DNA of 64,000 nucleotides from Escherichia coli (GTDB lineage Bacteria; Pseudomonadota; Gammaproteobacteria; Enterobacterales; Enterobacteriaceae): NCBI RefSeq assembly GCF_017348835.2, contig NZ_CP071375.1; one strand, 5' to 3'. Shown piece by piece: positions 13,171 to 22,807 of this stretch (position 1 is its first letter; each line of letters starts with the position of its first letter). The notes under the pieces were generated by a model. It saw only the letters and a program-made list of their open reading frames with translations, ran no database searches and was not told where the DNA came from. The position numbers and the translations under genes were made by a program.

Positions 13171-14058
13171 TCAGGCTGCCAGATCATTATTTCCGATGGA
13201 AGCATAATAAGCTTTTTCTGCTTCTGCCGGAGGAATATGGCCCAGCCTTTCCAGCAATCGTCGATTGTTATACCAGTCCACCCACGTGAGTGTGGCCAGT
13301 TCCACTTCTGTCCGGTTTTTCCAGCTCTTACGGTGTATTACCTCCGCTTTGTAAAGACCATTGATGCTCTCAGCCATCGCGTTGTCATACGAGTCGCCAG
13401 TACTCCCTGTTGATGCCAGTAATCCGGCTTCCTTAAGCCGCTGCGTGTAGGCCAGCGATACATACTGAGAACCTTTATCACTGTGATGGATTGTGCCGGA
13501 CGGCCGACGGGCCCACAACGCCTGCTCCAGTGCATCCAGCACGAATGTTGTTTCCATGGATGATGAGACCTGCCATCCCACGATGTATCCGGCGAACACA
13601 TCAATGATGAACGCCACATAAACGAAGCCCTGCCATGTGCTTACCCAGGTAAAATCAGCCACCCACAACTGGTCTGGACGTTCTGCCACGAACTGACGGT
13701 TTACGCGGTCGCATGCGGCAACGGCTTTCCGGCTGACGGTAGTGCGGACCTTTTTACCCCGGAGAACACCGGCAAGTCCCATAACTGCCATGAGACGTGC
13801 CACAGTGCATCTGGCCACTCTGATACCTTCCCGTAACAACTGACGCCAGACTTTACGCACACCGTATACCTGGTGATTTTCATCGTATACGCGCTGTATC
13901 TCTTTCTTCAGCCAGTCATCGTGCTGCGCACGGGCACTGCGTTTATCCGGATGATGTCGCTGTTGCTGACAATGGTAATACGTTGACGGGGCAATATGCA
14001 GTTCGCTGCATACCGGTCCGCCCCCGTACTGCTCACGCAGCTTATCCAGCAGTGGCAT
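13171..14058 (-). CDS. IS3-family transposase OrfB (DDE integrase domain)
   Basis: 295-aa [36 protein letters not shown]... Confidence 0.9.
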   Translation of the reverse strand: MPLLDKLREQYGGGPVCSELHIAPSTYYHCQQQRHHPDKRSARAQHDDWLKKEIQRVYDENHQVYGVRKVWRQLLREGIRVARCTVARLMAVMGLAGVLRGKKVRTTVSRKAVAACDRVNRQFVAERPDQLWVADFTWVSTWQGFVYVAFIIDVFAGYIVGWQVSSSMETTFVLDALEQALWARRPSGTIHHSDKGSQYVSLAYTQRLKEAGLLASTGSTGDSYDNAMAESINGLYKAEVIHRKSWKNRTEVELATLTWVDWYNNRRLLERLGHIPPAEAEKAYYASIGNNDLAA

Positions 14059-14384
14059 TATTTTTTCCAGAGGCGGTCGAACTCCGCCTTCGCAAAATAA
14101 GCGGAAGCCTGGCGAAGGATATCGTTACTGCGGCGCAGTTCACGATTTTCACGTTCCAGCTCTTTCAGACGCTGACGTTCAGCGGTGGTGAGTCCACCAT
14201 CACCACTCCCGGTATCCCGCTCATGCTGGCGAACCCAGACACGCAGAGTCTCCGGCGTACAGCCAATCTTTGGGGCAATGGAACAAATTGCCGTCCACTG
14301 TGAGTCATATTCATCCTGACTTTCCAGAACCATACGAATCGCCCGCTGACGGACTTCGGGGGAAAAACGAGTATTTTTAGTCAT
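14058..14384 (-). CDS. IS3-family transposase OrfA (HTH)
   Basis: 108-aa [33 protein letters not shown]...; overlaps orfB start, frameshift arrangement. Confidence 0.9.
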   Translation of the reverse strand: MTKNTRFSPEVRQRAIRMVLESQDEYDSQWTAICSIAPKIGCTPETLRVWVRQHERDTGSGDGGLTTAERQRLKELERENRELRRSNDILRQASAYFAKAEFDRLWKK

Positions 14385-14449
14385 CCTGTTTACCTCTTTC
14401 TCAGGGAGTTTAGTCTCCAGGATTTCCGGGGCGGTTCAGCAAAAACATC

Positions 14450-14731
14450 GTGTATAAGCTTAGCGGAAAAGCTGTTGAAGATTTCAGAGGGATCTATGAC
14501 TACACGCTGGGAAAGTTTGGTGAGGAGCAGGCGGATCGCTATACCGACTCTCTCGGCACTTTTCTGGATACACTCTCTCAAATGCCCGAGATAGGGCAAG
14601 ACTATGATGCGATTCCAGAGGTAAAGAAGATCGCATTTAGGTTTCACACTGTTTATTACGTTATAAGAGTCGATGACATTCTCATTGCGCGCATTCTTCA
14701 TCAGTTGATGGAACCTCGCCGTCACTGGTAA
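14450..14731 (+). CDS. ParE/RelE-fold toxin, intact ORF, GTG start, separated from its antitoxin by the IS
   Basis: 93-aa ORF (V)YKLSGKAVEDFRGIYDYTLGKFGEEQADRYTDSLGTFLDTLSQMPEIGQDYD... of typical ParE size; begins 12 bp beyond the IS end. Confidence 0.7.
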   Translation: MYKLSGKAVEDFRGIYDYTLGKFGEEQADRYTDSLGTFLDTLSQMPEIGQDYDAIPEVKKIAFRFHTVYYVIRVDDILIARILHQLMEPRRHW

Positions 14732-14818
14732 TGTGAGAATTTCTTGACTCAGGATTGCGAAAATCCCCGCATCTTGGGAAACTGCGCGTAACCCTACATT
14801 TCATCCAGGTAACTTTTC

Positions 14819-15166
14819 ATGGCTATCATCCCAAAAAACTATGCGCGGTTAGAAAGCGGCTATCGCGAAAAAGCATTAAAAATATATCCGTGGGTCTGCG
14901 GTCGCTGTTCCCGCGAGTTTGTTTATTCCAACCTGCGTGAACTTACTGTTCACCACATTGATCACGACCATACCAATAACCCGGAAGATGGCAGTAACTG
15001 GGAATTGCTTTGTCTCTATTGCCACGATCATGAGCATTCGAAATATACCGAAGCGGATCAGTATGGTACGACCGTTATCGCAGGGGAAGATGCGCAGAAA
15101 GATGTCGGTGAAGCGAAGTACAACCCATTCGCTGACCTGAAAGCGATGATGAACAAGAAGAAGTGA
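14819..15166 (+). CDS. yajD: HNH endonuclease family protein YajD
   Basis: 115-aa ORF with HNH motif (VHHIDHDHTNNPEDGSNWELLCLYCHDHEH). Confidence 0.9.
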   Translation: MAIIPKNYARLESGYREKALKIYPWVCGRCSREFVYSNLRELTVHHIDHDHTNNPEDGSNWELLCLYCHDHEHSKYTEADQYGTTVIAGEDAQKDVGEAKYNPFADLKAMMNKKK

Positions 15167-15181
15167 TTAAAACGTAAAATT

Positions 15182-15280
15182 GCCTGATGCGCTACGCTTA
15201 TCAGGCCTACGTTATTTCAGCAATATATTGAATTTACGTGCTTTTGTGGGCCGGACAAAGCGTTTACGCCGCATCCGGCA
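15182..15280. repeat. REP (BIME-like) elements between yajD and tsx
   Basis: gcctgatgcgctacgcttatcaggcctac and gccggacaaagcgtttacgccgcatccggca palindromic units. Confidence 0.65.
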
Positions 15281-15342
15281 TGAACAAAGCGCACGTTGTT
15301 AACAATCAGAAATGCCGGGAATAAATCCCGGCATTTTCATAA

Positions 15343-16227
15343 TCAGAAGTTGTAACCTACTACCAGGTAACCACCCCAGCCGGTAGAGCGAACGTTGAAG
15401 TTGCCGTTGCCGAAGTTCAGTTCTGCATCGTCGTTCCACTGACCACCGTCGTGCCAGTAACGAGCTACGACAGAGTAGTGCCAGTGATCATAGTTCAGAG
15501 CCAGAATATGGCTGGAAGCGATAGAGTTATTAGTACGGGTCTTAATACCGTTGATTGCGTTACCGCTGTCATCCCCTAAATCGGAACCCCAGTCGAAGTT
15601 GGTGAAGCCGATGTAGCTCAGCTGACCGCCCCACAGATCGGTAATCGGCACAAAGTATTTAATTTTGAAACGGTAACCGTCCCACTCGTTTTCGTTCGCT
15701 GCGCCATAGTTCTGCCACTGGTATTTCGCATAGACGTTCATGGACAGACTCATCGGCAGACCAGTATCGATGTCGGTACCCAGACCCATGTACCAGGTGC
15801 TCTGGCGACCATCTTTATTACGACCCATGTCGTAAATGTAGTTGTTCGCGAAGTACCACTCTTTGAACGGACCGAAGCTAAGGTCAGTATTGGTCAGCTT
15901 GTCGATGGAGAAACGTGGTTCGATTTCCATAAACAGCGGAGAACCGTGGTTCCAGATACCTTTTGCATCGGAGTTACCGCCGAAGAATACCGGCGCATCC
16001 GCATAACCATAGAAGTCGAACCAGTCTTTTTTAGCGAATGCTTCGTACTCAAGGTAGGTATCGTTGCGGATCTGCGGTCCGAAACGGGTGTGATAGCTTC
16101 CGACAACGTTAACGCTCTGGTGCCACCAGTCGGAAAGATACTGCGGTTTGTCGTTTTCAGCTGCGTTGACAGTAAAAGACGAAGAGAGCGCCAGTACCGC
16201 ACCGGCTGCCAGTAATGTTTTTTTCAT
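15343..16227 (-). CDS. tsx: Nucleoside-specific outer membrane channel Tsx
   Basis: Start set at [22 protein letters not shown] (signal peptide); C-terminal aromatic residue F. Confidence 0.93.
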
Positions 16228-16379
16228 ATGTATGCCACTGTTTGAAAATCCCTTGCGGGAGTGAAAAAGGCGCAAATTGCGTTTCTAAATATTTCGTATA
16301 CAGAGGAGCCTATTATAAAAATCATTGCTCACAAAAATATGTTTCGTTTCACAGTTCTATCATTTACGTAATCGATTGC

Positions 16380-16402
16380 GTTCACGTTTACACACATTCG
16401 GG
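16380..16402 (-). promoter_or_regulatory. Candidate CRP-binding site in tsx promoter region
   Basis: tgtgtaaacgtgaacgca resembles the TGTGA-N6-TCACA CRP consensus, upstream of tsx. Confidence 0.35.
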
Positions 16403-16525
16403 CGGGGATTGTACTGACTTTCGCCCTTGTTGCAAACTTTTACTATCAATCTGGGTTATGTAAGCGGAGTAACAAAATGATGGGGAAGGATGTTGCGGGA
16501 CGCACAAAATCGCCCCGCTATACGT

Positions 16526-16819
16526 TTACTGCATAACAGGTTGAATGTCGTGGATACGTACAAAGCCTAACTGATCCACAGAAATCCCCTTTAACTGTAA
16601 CGGAATATCAACATCGCTGGGGGCGAGGACGCTGGCAGGGGCATTAATCAATTGATTCTGCACATTGATTTCCTGAAAGTTGTCTATTGTTCCCTGAATT
16701 TGCCCATATTCAACGGTTCCGCTGAATGCGGGCAAGGGATCATTCGACTCGCCCTGAATACGTAGCGTCAGGGTGGTGCCATCTGTATCAGGCGTAATAT
16801 TCACCAGCGACATACGTAA
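16526..16819 (-). pseudogene. yajI: yajI lipoprotein gene, 3' fragment (interrupted by IS copy B)
   Basis: ORF ...RMSLVNITPDTDGTTLTLRIQGESND... continues in frame from the 5' fragment once the IS and one TAA repeat are removed. Confidence 0.8.
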
Positions 16820-16873
16820 TGAACCGCCCCGGAAATCCTGGAGACTAAACTCCCTGAGAAAGAGGTAAACAGG

Positions 16874-17200
16874 ATGACTAAAAATACTCGTTTTTCCCCC
16901 GAAGTCCGTCAGCGGGCGATTCGTATGGTTCTGGAAAGTCAGGATGAATATGACTCACAGTGGGCGGCAATTTGTTCCATTGCCCCAAAGATTGGCTGTA
17001 CGCCGGAGACTCTGCGTGTCTGGGTTCGCCAGCATGAGCGGGATACCGGGAGTGGTGATGGTGGACTCACCACCGCTGAACGTCAGCGTCTGAAAGAGCT
17101 GGAACGTGAAAATCGTGAACTGCGCCGCAGTAACGATATCCTTCGCCAGGCTTCCGCTTATTTTGCGAAGGCGGAGTTCGACCGCCTCTGGAAAAAATAA
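16874..17200 (+). CDS. IS3-family transposase OrfA
   Basis: 108-aa ORF, differs from copy A by T30A (SQWAAICS versus SQWTAICS). Confidence 0.9.
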   Translation: MTKNTRFSPEVRQRAIRMVLESQDEYDSQWAAICSIAPKIGCTPETLRVWVRQHERDTGSGDGGLTTAERQRLKELERENRELRRSNDILRQASAYFAKAEFDRLWKK

Positions 17201-18087
17201 TGCCACTGCTGGATAAGCTGCGTGAGCAGTACGGGGTCGGACCGGTATGCAGCGAACTGCATATTGCCCCGTCAACGTATTACCATTGTCAGCAACAGCG
17301 ACATCATCCGGATAAACGCAGTGCCCGTGCGCAGCACGATGACTGGCTGAAGAAAGAGATACAGCGCGTATACGATGAAAATCACCAGGTATACGGTGTG
17401 CGTAAAGTCTGGCGTCAGTTGTTACGGGAAGGTATCAGAGTGGCCAGATGCACTGTGGCACGTCTCATGGCAGTTATGGGACTTGCCGGTGTTCTCCGGG
17501 GTAAAAAGGTCCGCACTACCGTCAGCCGGAAAGCCGTTGCCGCATGCGACCGCGTAAACCGTCAGTTCGTGGCAGAACGTCCAGACCAGTTGTGGGTGGC
17601 TGATTTTACCTGGGTAAGCACATGGCAGGGCTTCGTTTATGTGGCGTTCATCATTGATGTGTTCGCCGGATACATCGTGGGATGGCAGGTCTCATCATCC
17701 ATGGAAACAACATTCGTGCTGGATGCACTGGAGCAGGCGTTGTGGGCCCGTCGGCCGTCCGGCACAATCCATCACAGTGATAAAGGTTCTCAGTATGTAT
17801 CGCTGGCCTACACGCAGCGGCTTAAGGAAGCCGGATTACTGGCATCAACAGGGAGTACTGGCGACTCGTATGACAACGCGATGGCGGAGAGCATCAATGG
17901 TCTTTACAAAGCGGAGGTAATACACCGTAAGAGCTGGAAAAACCGTGCAGAAGTGGAACTGGCCACACTCACGTGGGTGGACTGGTATAACAATCGACGA
18001 TTGCTGGAAAGGCTGGGCCATATTCCTCCGGCAGAAGCAGAAAAAGCTTATTATGCTTCCATCGGAAATAATGATCTGGCAGCCTGA
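17200..18087 (+). CDS. IS3-family transposase OrfB
   Basis: 295-aa ORF, differs from copy A at two or more residues (G13V; T to A in SWKNRAEVE). Confidence 0.9.
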   Translation: MPLLDKLREQYGVGPVCSELHIAPSTYYHCQQQRHHPDKRSARAQHDDWLKKEIQRVYDENHQVYGVRKVWRQLLREGIRVARCTVARLMAVMGLAGVLRGKKVRTTVSRKAVAACDRVNRQFVAERPDQLWVADFTWVSTWQGFVYVAFIIDVFAGYIVGWQVSSSMETTFVLDALEQALWARRPSGTIHHSDKGSQYVSLAYTQRLKEAGLLASTGSTGDSYDNAMAESINGLYKAEVIHRKSWKNRAEVELATLTWVDWYNNRRLLERLGHIPPAEAEKAYYASIGNNDLAA

Positions 18088-18129
18088 GTTCACAGATAAA
18101 ACACTCTCCAGGAAACCCGGGGCGGTTCA

Positions 18130-18378
18130 TAAAGTACCGATCTGGCTTTCCAGTCTTGCCGGTGTTTTCGCTTCAGGCAGAAGGTAAACCCCACTGCTGG
18201 ATTTTGCATTCAGCCTGTTTTGCTGAGTGATTTTGACCGTTTCTTTATTGAGTTGCGTCATCTCCTGGTTCAGCGTGCTGACGCTGTGTTTCATCTGTCG
18301 CACTTCGCTTTGCTGCACACAGGCGCTAAGGCTGAACAGGCTTCCCAGCAGGAGCAGTCGAAAAACGTTAGTATTCAT
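18130..18378 (-). pseudogene. yajI: yajI lipoprotein gene, 5' fragment (signal peptide and lipobox LSAC)
   Basis: MNTNVFRLLLLGSLFSLSACVQQSEV...IGTL then runs into the IS end where a stop is encountered. Confidence 0.8.
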
Positions 18379-18492
18379 AGGTCGTCCCTTTCTCGTCGCA
18401 ATTAGCCTAATGGTAGAGGGTAAAAGCAGCGAAAGCATCGATCCTTTATCTCAAAAGCGTTGCGCCTTTGTTGTATCGTCAGTTCAGGGTAA

Positions 18493-18978
<486 letters not shown>

Positions 18979-18981
18979 GCC

Positions 18982-20085
18982 GTGCAGGACGAGTATTACA
19001 TGGCGCGGGCGCTAAAGCTGGCGCAACGAGGACGTTTTACCACCCACCCCAACCCGAATGTCGGGTGCGTCATTGTCAAAGATGGCGAAATTGTCGGTGA
19101 AGGTTACCACCAACGAGCGGGTGAACCACATGCCGAAGTACACGCGTTGCGTATGGCGGGTGAAAAAGCCAAAGGTGCGACCGCCTATGTCACACTCGAA
19201 CCCTGTAGCCATCATGGTCGTACGCCACCGTGCTGTGACGCACTCATCGCCGCTGGCGTAGCGCGCGTGGTCGCTGCGATGCAGGACCCGAACCCGCAGG
19301 TCGCTGGGCGTGGACTTTACCGTTTGCAACAGGCTGGCATTGACGTCAGCCATGGGCTGATGATGAGTGAAGCCGAGCAATTGAATAAAGGCTTTCTCAA
19401 GCGGATGCGCACCGGCTTTCCTTATATTCAGTTAAAACTTGGCGCATCGCTTGATGGCCGCACGGCGATGGCGAGCGGTGAAAGCCAGTGGATCACTTCG
19501 CCTCAGGCGCGGCGCGACGTACAACGACTGCGCGCACAAAGTCATGCCATTTTAACCAGCAGCGCTACGGTGCTGGCGGATGATCCTGCCTTAACGGTGC
19601 GTTGGTCTGAACTGGATGAACAAACTCAGGCTCTCTATCCGCAACAAAATCTCCGTCAGCCGGTACGTATTGTGATTGATAGCCAAAATCGCGTGACGCC
19701 GGAACATCGCATTGTGCAGCAGCCCGGCGAAACCTGGTTCGCGCGTACGCAGGAAGATTCTCGTGAGTGGCCGGAAACGGTGCGTACCTTGCTGATTCCA
19801 GAGCATAAAGGTCATCTGGATCTGGTTGTACTAATGATGCAACTGGGTAAACAGCAGATTAACAGCATCTGGGTGGAAGCGGGGCCAACGCTCGCTGGCG
19901 CATTGCTGCAGGCGGGTTTAGTCGATGAGCTGATTGTCTATATCGCACCTAAACTATTAGGCAGCGACGCCCGTGGATTATGCACGCTGCCAGGGCTTGA
20001 GAAATTAGCCGACGCCCCCCAATTTAAATTCAAAGAGATACGTCATGTAGGCCCGGATGTTTGCCTGCATTTAGTGGGTGCATGA
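18982..20085 (+). CDS. ribD: Bifunctional riboflavin biosynthesis deaminase/reductase
   Basis: 367-aa ORF with CMP/dCMP deaminase motif (HAEVHAL...[11 protein letters not shown]). Confidence 0.95.
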
Positions 20086-20173
20086 TCTCCCGGCTCGAAA
20101 GGGAAGCAGCGCACGAAATATTATGCTAAAATCCGCCCCCCTGCGGGGCCATACTCGAACCCGAAGGAAGAAA

Positions 20174-20644
20174 ATGAACATTATTGAAGCTAACGTTGCT
20201 ACCCCGGACGCTCGCGTCGCCATCACCATCGCGCGTTTCAACAACTTTATCAATGACAGCCTGCTGGAAGGTGCAATTGACGCACTGAAACGTATCGGTC
20301 AGGTAAAAGATGAAAACATTACCGTTGTTTGGGTGCCTGGTGCCTATGAGCTGCCGCTGGCGGCGGGTGCACTGGCTAAAACCGGTAAATACGACGCGGT
20401 GATTGCGCTGGGTACGGTTATTCGTGGTGGCACTGCCCATTTTGAATATGTCGCTGGTGGTGCAAGCAACGGCCTGGCGCATGTTGCCCAGGACAGCGAA
20501 ATTCCGGTTGCTTTTGGGGTTCTGACCACTGAAAGCATTGAACAAGCGATCGAACGTGCTGGCACCAAAGCTGGCAACAAAGGTGCAGAAGCTGCACTGA
20601 CCGCGCTTGAAATGATTAATGTATTGAAAGCCATCAAGGCCTGA
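20174..20644 (+). CDS. ribE: 6,7-dimethyl-8-ribityllumazine synthase
   Basis: Start set at [28 protein letters not shown]; 156 aa. Confidence 0.93.
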
Positions 20645-20663
20645 AATTAGTAAGGGGAAATCC

Positions 20664-21083
20664 GTGAAACCTGCTGCTCGTCGCCGCGCTCGTGAGTGTG
20701 CCGTCCAGGCGCTCTACTCCTGGCAGTTGTCCCAGAACGACATCGCTGATGTTGAATACCAGTTCCTGGCTGAACAGGATGTAAAAGACGTTGACGTCCT
20801 GTACTTCCGTGAGCTGCTGGCCGGGGTGGCGACTAATACCGCATACCTCGACGGACTGATGAAGCCATACCTGTCCCGCCTGCTGGAAGAACTGGGACAG
20901 GTAGAAAAAGCAGTACTGCGCATTGCGCTGTACGAACTGTCTAAACGTAGCGATGTGCCATACAAAGTGGCCATTAACGAAGCGATCGAACTGGCGAAAT
21001 CGTTCGGCGCAGAAGACAGCCATAAGTTCGTCAACGGCGTACTCGATAAAGCAGCACCTGTGATTCGCCCTAACAAAAAGTAA
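20664..21083 (+). CDS. nusB: Transcription antitermination factor NusB
   Basis: 139-aa [29 protein letters not shown]. Confidence 0.95.
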
Positions 21084-21160
21084 TATCCAGGCCGGTAGAT
21101 TCACGGAAGACCGTTCCATGATCGCCGGCCTTTTCTTTTTTACCTGCTGAGGCATAACGT

Positions 21161-22138
21161 ATGGCATGTGGCGAGTTCTCCCTGATTGCCCGTTATTTTG
21201 ACCGTGTAAGAAGTTCTCGTCTTGATGTCGAACTGGGCATCGGCGACGATTGCGCTCTTCTCAATATCCCCGAGAAACAGACCCTGGCGATCAGCACTGA
21301 TACGCTGGTGGCGGGCAACCATTTCCTCCCTGATATCGATCCTGCTGATCTGGCTTATAAAGCACTGGCGGTGAACCTAAGCGATCTGGCAGCGATGGGG
21401 GCCGATCCGGCCTGGCTGACGCTGGCATTAACCTTACCGGACGTAGACGAAGCGTGGCTTGAGTCCTTCAGCGACAGTTTGTTTGATCTTCTCAATTATT
21501 ACGATATGCAACTCATTGGCGGCGATACCACGCGTGGGCCATTATCAATGACGTTGGGTATCCACGGCTTTGTTCCGATGGGACGAGCCTTAACGCGCTC
21601 TGGGGCGAAACCGGGTGACTGGATCTATGTGACCGGTACACCGGGCGATAGCGCCGCCGGGCTGGCGATTTTGCAAAATCGTTTGCAGGTTGCCGATGCT
21701 AAAGATGCGGACTACTTGATCAAACGTCATCTCCGTCCATCGCCGCGTATTTTACAGGGGCAGGCACTGCGCGATCTGGCAAATTCAGCTATCGATCTCT
21801 CTGACGGTCTGATTTCCGATCTCGGGCATATCGTGAAAGCCAGCGACTGCGGCGCACGTATTGACCTGGCATTGCTGCCGTTTTCTGATGCGCTTTCTCG
21901 CCATGTTGAACCGAAACAGGCGTTGCGCTGGGCGCTATCTGGCGGTGAAGATTACGAGTTGTGTTTCACTGTGCCGGAACTGAACCGTGGCGCGCTGGAT
22001 GTGGCTCTCGGACACCTGGGCGTACCGTTTACCTGTATCGGGCAAATGACCGCCGATATCGAAGGGCTTTGTTTTATTCGTGACGGCGAACCTGTCACGT
22101 TAGACTGGAAAGGATATGACCATTTTGCCACGCCATAA
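21161..22138 (+). CDS. thiL: Thiamine-monophosphate kinase
   Basis: 325-aa [19 protein letters not shown]..., AIR synthase-related fold. Confidence 0.93.
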   Translation: MACGEFSLIARYFDRVRSSRLDVELGIGDDCALLNIPEKQTLAISTDTLVAGNHFLPDIDPADLAYKALAVNLSDLAAMGADPAWLTLALTLPDVDEAWLESFSDSLFDLLNYYDMQLIGGDTTRGPLSMTLGIHGFVPMGRALTRSGAKPGDWIYVTGTPGDSAAGLAILQNRLQVADAKDADYLIKRHLRPSPRILQGQALRDLANSAIDLSDGLISDLGHIVKASDCGARIDLALLPFSDALSRHVEPKQALRWALSGGEDYELCFTVPELNRGALDVALGHLGVPFTCIGQMTADIEGLCFIRDGEPVTLDWKGYDHFATP

Positions 22139-22631
22139 AGATGTCGCGAAAAGTCGCCTGAAGATGAGTAATCCGTGGCATCTGCTTGCTGTTGGATTCG
22201 GAAGTGGATTAAGCCCAATCGTTCCTGGCACGATGGGATCGCTGGCGGCGATTCCGTTCTGGTATCTGATGACCTTTTTGCCCTGGCAGCTCTATTCGCT
22301 GGTGGTGATGCTGGGGATCTGTATCGGCGTCTATCTTTGTCATCAAACGGCGAAAGACATGGGCGTGCACGATCACGGCAGCATTGTCTGGGACGAATTT
22401 ATTGGTATGTGGATCACGCTCATGGCGCTGCCGACCAATGACTGGCAGTGGGTCGCCGCCGGGTTTGTGATTTTCCGTATCCTGGATATGTGGAAACCGT
22501 GGCCGATCCGCTGGTTTGACCGCAATGTACATGGCGGCATGGGGATCATGATCGACGATATTGTCGCCGGGGTGATCTCCGCTGGCATCCTGTACTTTAT
22601 TGGTCATCACTGGCCGATTGGTATTCTTTGA
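22116..22631 (+). CDS. pgpA: Phosphatidylglycerophosphatase A
   Basis: 171-aa membrane ORF overlapping thiL 3' end, as in the nusB-thiL-pgpA operon. Confidence 0.92.
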   Translation: MTILPRHKDVAKSRLKMSNPWHLLAVGFGSGLSPIVPGTMGSLAAIPFWYLMTFLPWQLYSLVVMLGICIGVYLCHQTAKDMGVHDHGSIVWDEFIGMWITLMALPTNDWQWVAAGFVIFRILDMWKPWPIRWFDRNVHGGMGIMIDDIVAGVISAGILYFIGHHWPIGIL

Positions 22632-22807
22632 TGCCATTGACCGGGTGGTGTAGGCGATTCCAGACCACCCGGTTTGATTTATAAATGAACAGTGCCCCAA
22701 TTTTGGGGCACTCTGTTAAAGTAAAACCCGACATCACCGAATATACTATGCGGCGATATTTCAAGGTGTATCTTTGTCACTCATAATTCAATGACACTGA
22801 AATATCG

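Larger units (their letters stand above)
13129..14438 (-). mobile_element. IS3-family insertion sequence, IS629/IS1203-like, copy A (1310 bp), flanked by direct repeat GCAA
   Basis: Terminal inverted repeats TGAACCGCCCCGG...CCGGGGCGGTTCA; orfA/orfB arrangement; 3-4 bp target duplication gcaa at 13125-13128 and 14439-14442. Confidence 0.9.
16820..18129 (+). mobile_element. IS3-family insertion sequence, IS629/IS1203-like, copy B (1310 bp), flanked by direct repeat TAA
   Basis: Same terminal repeats as copy A; TAA at 16817-16819 and 18130-18132; inverted relative to copy A. Confidence 0.9.

Noticed and set aside
13165-14303. Small ORFs inside IS copy A (13165..13413, 13338..13619, 13701..13883, 13983..14303) and their mirror images in copy B
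   Set aside because: They are alternate-frame or antisense readings within the transposase orfA/orfB genes and are reproduced identically in both copies only because the IS is duplicated.
13129-14438. Calling the element IS3 itself
   Set aside because: The OrfA sequence ([23 protein letters not shown]...) and terminal repeat TGAACCGCCCCGG are not those of IS3 proper (whose OrfA begins MTKTVSTSKKPRKQ as I recall); they fit the IS629/IS1203/IS3411 group of the IS3 family.
14755-14940. 61-aa ORF overlapping the yajD start, which could be a third TA-locus component
   Set aside because: It is out of frame with and overlaps yajD, whose HNH protein is clearly the real gene; no ribosome-binding site seen.
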